A DNA stretch of 64,000 nucleotides from a virus (lineage: Duplodnaviria > Heunggongvirae > Uroviricota > Caudoviricetes), in IMG/VR virus record IMGVR_UViG_3300031133_000383, positions 314,635 to 378,634 of that record, one strand, 5' to 3'. Positions 60,223-64,000 of this stretch are shown piece by piece. Every line of letters starts with the position of its first letter. Within the stretch, counting starts at the first letter, position 1. The notes under the pieces are model-generated. The model was not told the origin of the DNA. It was given only the letters and a program-made list of their open reading frames with translations, and did not search any database. A program made the position numbers and the translations under genes.

Positions 60223-60505
60223 TATTTTTTACTTTAAAGCCATCTTCGGGTGGCTTTTTTGATCAAGTTAAATTGATTTCCATTATTGTTAAAAACTCGT
60301 TTAAATCAAAAATATTTCGACAGTCATTTGTATTTAAAAAAGCTACAACATCTTCTTTTCCTTATTTTTCTAAATTTACCTTAATATTTTCTCTATCTTA
60401 CTCTCTTTAGCTTTTTTATCAATAGCTTTACAATATGACATTTTTTATTTTTCTTTAAATAGTTGTTGACTGTAAACCATCATTTTGATAATATAGTCAC
60501 ATCAA

Positions 60506-60589
60506 GCCCGAGTGGTGGAATGGTAGACGCGGTGGATTCAAAATCCTCTGTCGAAAGACGTGCCGGTTCGAGTCCGGCTTCGGGCACCA
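60506..60589 (+). tRNA. tRNA-Leu(CAA)
   Basis: Class II cloverleaf, gtgga-TT CAA AA-tcctc, A-CCA. Confidence 0.93.
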
Positions 60590-60599
60590 AATTTATATT

Positions 60600-60753
60600 T
60601 TAACTGTTGAAAAGAGATGCTGTGCTAATACCAGTGTGGCAGTAGAGGTGGTGACCTATTACTTTATTGCATGATGTTAGCAGGGTTATGAAAGTCACTA
60701 TAATAGTTAAGGGTTGGTAGTAATGCATTTTCAATCTCTCTATGCATTATGAC
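60600..60753 (+). ncRNA. Double-pseudoknot structured RNA, copy 1
   Basis: P1 ttaactgtt/aatagttaa; P2 tgctaata/tgttagca; P3 gcagtagag/ctttattgc; PK ggtgac/gtcact; PK agaga/tctct in the loop of taatgcat/atgcatta. Confidence 0.75.
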
Positions 60754-60770
60754 TTTTATTGTTGGTAAGG

Positions 60771-60944
60771 TTTCAATTGTCGAAAAGAGATGCAGTGGTA
60801 ACACCCAAGCGGTGATAGAATTGGTGACCTATTATTTTATCACACGATGTTGCCATTAGTCAGGAAAGTCACTATAACAATTGAGACAGCAGTAGATGTG
60901 TTGTGTGCTTTAAATCTCTTTGTACACTGCATGCTGGACTACTG
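60771..60944 (+). ncRNA. Double-pseudoknot structured RNA, copy 2
   Basis: P1 tttcaattgt/acaattgaga; P2 tggtaaca/tgttgcca; P3 gtgatagaa/ttttatcac; same two pseudoknots; stems covary with copy 1. Confidence 0.75.
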
Positions 60945-60977
60945 ATTTGTAACGCAGGTTTTTATCCCTGCATTCTA

Positions 60978-61064
60978 TTTTGTTTAGGCTTGTAGCTCAG
61001 ATGGTAGAGCGGAGGGCAGAAACCCTCGCGTCGGAGATTCGATTTCTTCCTCGCCTAGACAAAA
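60978..61064 (+). ncRNA. tRNA-like RNA / pseudo-tRNA
   Basis: Canonical D and T arms; anticodon arm gaggg-CAGAAA-ccctc (6-nt loop); acceptor stem has a 2x2 mismatch, extends to ttttgtttaggc/gcctagacaaaa, no CCA. Confidence 0.7.
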
Positions 61065-61220
61065 TTTTTTATTTTTAATCAATCAAAGATGACAGCTATT
61101 TGAACTCTGGATTGGTGTAATGATTTTTTTCAACAACCTTGAGCTTGATGTTTTCAAAAAAGAAATCATGGTTAAAAATCTTGACTTCTTTAGCATCTGA
61201 TGCTAATATAACCACACAAA

Positions 61221-61304
61221 GCCCGAGTGGTGAAATGGTAGACGCGGGGGACTTAAAATCCCCTTCCTTACGGAGTGCCGGTTCGAGTCCGGCCTCGGGC
61301 ACCA
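61221..61304 (+). tRNA. tRNA-Leu(UAA)
   Basis: Class II cloverleaf, gggga-CT TAA AA-tcccc, A-CCA. Confidence 0.95.
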
Positions 61305-61312
61305 AATTTTAT

Positions 61313-61386
61313 TTCTCGTTAGTTTAACGGTAGAACAGCGGCCTCTAAAACCGTGTATGCGGGTTCGAATCCCGCACGAGGAACCA
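61313..61386 (+). tRNA. Amber suppressor tRNA (CUA)
   Basis: Acceptor ttctcgt/acgagga, D arm gttt/gaac, anticodon arm gcggc-CT CTA AA-accgt, T arm gcggg-TTCGAAT-cccgc, A-CCA. Confidence 0.88.
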
Positions 61387-61393
61387 GTATCAT

Positions 61394-61470
61394 GGGACTT
61401 TAGCTCAGTTGGTTAGAGCGTCCGACTCATAATCGGCAGGTCGTAGGTTCAAGTCCTACAAGTCCCACCA
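61394..61470 (+). tRNA. tRNA(CAU), probably Ile2; identical to 20502-20578
   Basis: 77-nt exact copy. Confidence 0.93.
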
Positions 61471-61547
61471 AATTATCAAAAATTGTCTATATATTGTATA
61501 TTTCCTTTAATCAGGACAATTTGTTGCTACATCCTCTGAGGTGCCAA

Positions 61548-61898
61548 ATGAATTCAATTGATGTGAATAAAATAACCCCATCTTGGTATGTCAAAGATAA
61601 TATTCTTTTTTTAGATATTCATTATTGGAAACGTAACGAAACAACAGAAGGCCACTGTGGAAGCACTCTAATTTGGAGGAAGACTATCATAAATGGCAAT
61701 CTGATCGCCGCTTATAATTCCATAGTAAAATCAGCTAAAAAATATTTTGATTTACCCTACCTTAAAAAAATCAAGGTGGATAAGTCACCTGCAGTAACGC
61801 CTATTGATGAAAATCATGACTTTGATTTCTATCATCCTCTAGTAGTTTTTTTTATCGGGGTGCTTGTCGGTATGATTTTTATTAAAATGTTGAATTAA
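61548..61898 (+). CDS. Hypothetical protein with C-terminal TM
   Basis: SD gaggt before MNSIDV; C-terminal hydrophobic helix. Confidence 0.7.
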   Translation: MNSIDVNKITPSWYVKDNILFLDIHYWKRNETTEGHCGSTLIWRKTIINGNLIAAYNSIVKSAKKYFDLPYLKKIKVDKSPAVTPIDENHDFDFYHPLVVFFIGVLVGMIFIKMLN

Positions 61899-61932
61899 CT
61901 TTTTAATTTCGATACAGTATGGATATCTATTA

Positions 61933-63135
61933 ATGACAAACCGCCTTGAACTACTGTTAGCGAATACGCCTATTGAATCTGTTTTTGATCATTCAGATTT
62001 TAGTGTTGTTACAGAAGCTGCTAATGTAGGCGAAGTCAGTTTCAATCATTTTGATTTTTTAACTGATAAATCGTATACCGCTACTACCTTTTTCACTGGT
62101 CTTGTTCAATCTCTTTCTTTTATCTTTCCAAATTTTACGATTTCCGAAATTAAAAGTTTAAGTTCTACGGCTTACTTTTACTTTGACATTTTCCCATTTC
62201 CTCAGATTATGAATGATATGCATGCTTCTAATTTCAAAGTGCATGTACTTAATCGAAAAGATACAGTTCGTGTAAATTTCAACCTCTTTACTCTTTCGTT
62301 TCGTTTTAAAAAATGGATTTTTAGTTTTAGTGATACGTTCAAAAAAGAACAGGAAATGGAATCCATTTCTTTTGTTAATATTCATACTGCTATGCTGAGA
62401 TCTTTTAAAGAATTGATTTCAGATGTCATGATTAAGCCACCTCTATTATTTAATAATGCAATCTTCAAGAAAATTATTGAAAATAAATCTAACTTTTCCT
62501 TTAACTCCATGCGTTATGAAGATGTTTTTACACACGAAACTGATGTCAATTTTTCTAGGCATATTAAAAAAATTCAACCGTTGATGATTGTAGGCGATCT
62601 TCGCTCTATCAAGGGTGTTGCTCAACCAGCTATGTTGTATGTAAAAGGTGATATTCGCGTAACTCGTAATGTTTTGAATGTTGCTAAATCAAGTGAAACA
62701 CAAGTATATTTTCGTTATGAATCCCTTGATTTTATAGACTCGCTATTTTCAGTGACTTTTTCTTCTGAGCAACTATCTTCTTTACGAAAGATACTTAATT
62801 TGATTAACAAGATTAATATTTGTTTTGAAAAAGAAGCGTATTCAGGTATTGAAGTCATTCGTATTAACAATTCCAAAAAAGCTATTTATAATTTGATTAA
62901 AGAAAAAAATGCATTTCATATTACATTTGGTAGAACTAGTATTCATATCAATCGTTATATTGAATGCTCTATAATTATTAATAATTCATACCAATCTATC
63001 AAAGTTGAAAGTTTTGAAGAAGCTTTTAATTGTATTTATCAGGCATTCGCTGTACACGTTGCTAATTATTTTAATATTGATCAAAGCCTAGTGAATGATG
63101 ACTATATCAACTTATTGGAAATGGTTCGTCATTGA
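61933..63135 (+). CDS. Hypothetical protein, C-terminal EM-motif family
   Basis: 400 aa; ends VNDDYINLLEMVRH. Confidence 0.8.
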   Translation: MTNRLELLLANTPIESVFDHSDFSVVTEAANVGEVSFNHFDFLTDKSYTATTFFTGLVQSLSFIFPNFTISEIKSLSSTAYFYFDIFPFPQIMNDMHASNFKVHVLNRKDTVRVNFNLFTLSFRFKKWIFSFSDTFKKEQEMESISFVNIHTAMLRSFKELISDVMIKPPLLFNNAIFKKIIENKSNFSFNSMRYEDVFTHETDVNFSRHIKKIQPLMIVGDLRSIKGVAQPAMLYVKGDIRVTRNVLNVAKSSETQVYFRYESLDFIDSLFSVTFSSEQLSSLRKILNLINKINICFEKEAYSGIEVIRINNSKKAIYNLIKEKNAFHITFGRTSIHINRYIECSIIINNSYQSIKVESFEEAFNCIYQAFAVHVANYFNIDQSLVNDDYINLLEMVRH

Positions 63136-63193
63136 CTTTTTTTTATAATTTTATATACTTCTTTTATTTTTATAATATTATTTCGGAGAATAT

Positions 63194-63901
63194 ATGATTA
63201 AAATTATGGAGTATATTGGCCCAGTCTTTACTGTAAATAATCCTCGATATAAACTAGTGCCTATTGAAGAAACAATACAATCTGCCTGTGTCAATGATGA
63301 CTGTATCAATTATCATCAGCCTCTTTTTGATGGTGTCTTTTGTCCTTTTTGTGGGATGAAAGGAGAGTCTTTTTCTTATACAGTTGATCGTTATTTAACA
63401 CAAGAACTTGTTCCCGAAGATGAACAATGTAATCTCTATCTCAAAGCAATAGAACTAGAATCCAGAACGCTTCGTTTTATTCCAAAATTCAAGTCTTATC
63501 AATATAGCCCAAGTTTTTCGTTAATTCATTTTGTTTCAAAAAAATGTTCAAATTATACTTGCCAAGACAACAACCACGAATATCATGATGATTATGATTT
63601 TTGTTATCAGTGTGGATCTAAACTTTCAAATAATATTGATTCTCAACAAAATACTATATTTATTGATGATATTTTAAAAGAACAGAAAAATCAAATATCC
63701 TTAATTTTATGTGATTCAATAGAACATTATGTTCTGCATAATTTGGATGAATTGATTTCAACACCGTTATTTGATCAGTTTATTATTGATTTCATGAACA
63801 GAAAAGAATACAAATCAATTATTAAAGAACTTGAATATATTTATGGTACAGGTACAGTTGTTGTTGAAAATAGACATATAACTTATCGACCAGATATTTA
63901 A
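63194..63901 (+). CDS. Protein with two zinc-ribbon repeats
   Basis: CVNDDC...FCPFCG and CSNYTC...FCYQCG; SD ggag. Confidence 0.75.
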   Translation: MIKIMEYIGPVFTVNNPRYKLVPIEETIQSACVNDDCINYHQPLFDGVFCPFCGMKGESFSYTVDRYLTQELVPEDEQCNLYLKAIELESRTLRFIPKFKSYQYSPSFSLIHFVSKKCSNYTCQDNNHEYHDDYDFCYQCGSKLSNNIDSQQNTIFIDDILKEQKNQISLILCDSIEHYVLHNLDELISTPLFDQFIIDFMNRKEYKSIIKELEYIYGTGTVVVENRHITYRPDI

Positions 63902-64000
63902 GAATTCTCTGTTATTTATGAATACATATTGAATTTTTAAGAGGATGGGAAAAATATCTTGACCTTTAGTAAAAATCTTGATATTATTATAGGTATTAAA

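Noticed and set aside
60600-60944. CRISPR array or theta (HDV-like) ribozymes
   Set aside because: Only two long diverged units with no repeat-spacer periodicity; larger than, and topologically unlike, minimal HDV-like ribozymes as far as I can judge by eye
61096-61327. ORFs 61096-61305 (-) and 61139-61327 (+), and likewise 52271-52528 (+)
   Set aside because: They overlap tRNA genes and are translation artefacts
1-64000. Genome-wide TAG reassignment (code 15)
   Set aside because: Conserved genes are full length under code 11 and several end at TAG at expected positions; recoding outside the window is not excluded

Overview
Strongly AT-rich, gene-dense window with about 90 mostly short, mostly + strand ORFs, many with their own sigma70-like promoter (TTGACA-like -35, TG-n-TATAAT -10), Shine-Dalgarno site and intrinsic terminator. 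There are no host housekeeping operons and no virion or replication genes. It reads as the accessory/early region of a jumbo phage or similar giant mobile replicon, probably of a Gram-negative host (inference). Recognisable proteins: two RNA ligases (T4 Rnl1-type and DRB0094-type), a T4 RegB-like endoribonuclease, HNH nuclease, DEDDh exonuclease, signal peptidase I, Zn deaminase, SAM methyltransferase, GNAT, DUF1643, SMI1/KNR4, an HEXXH protein, a PEP-mobile-domain protein and a TnpB-only IS200/IS605 element. RNA genes: tRNA-Leu (UAG, CAA, UAA), two identical tRNA(CAU), two CUA-anticodon (amber) tRNAs and one aberrant tRNA-like RNA. Most notable: (1) a free-standing ncRNA that rebuilds the 23S rRNA L11-binding/GTPase-associated centre (H43-H44), with compensatory base pairs and a ~240-nt structured insert, inside an ncRNA-only operon; (2) 12 otherwise dissimilar proteins sharing a C-terminal hydrophobic-hydrophobic-[E/D/K]-M-x-x-x-stop motif; (3) two tandem copies of a covarying double-pseudoknot RNA in the tRNA cluster; (4) a family of unannotated ~40-aa micro-proteins. 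All family calls are by eye from remembered motifs; no database search was run.
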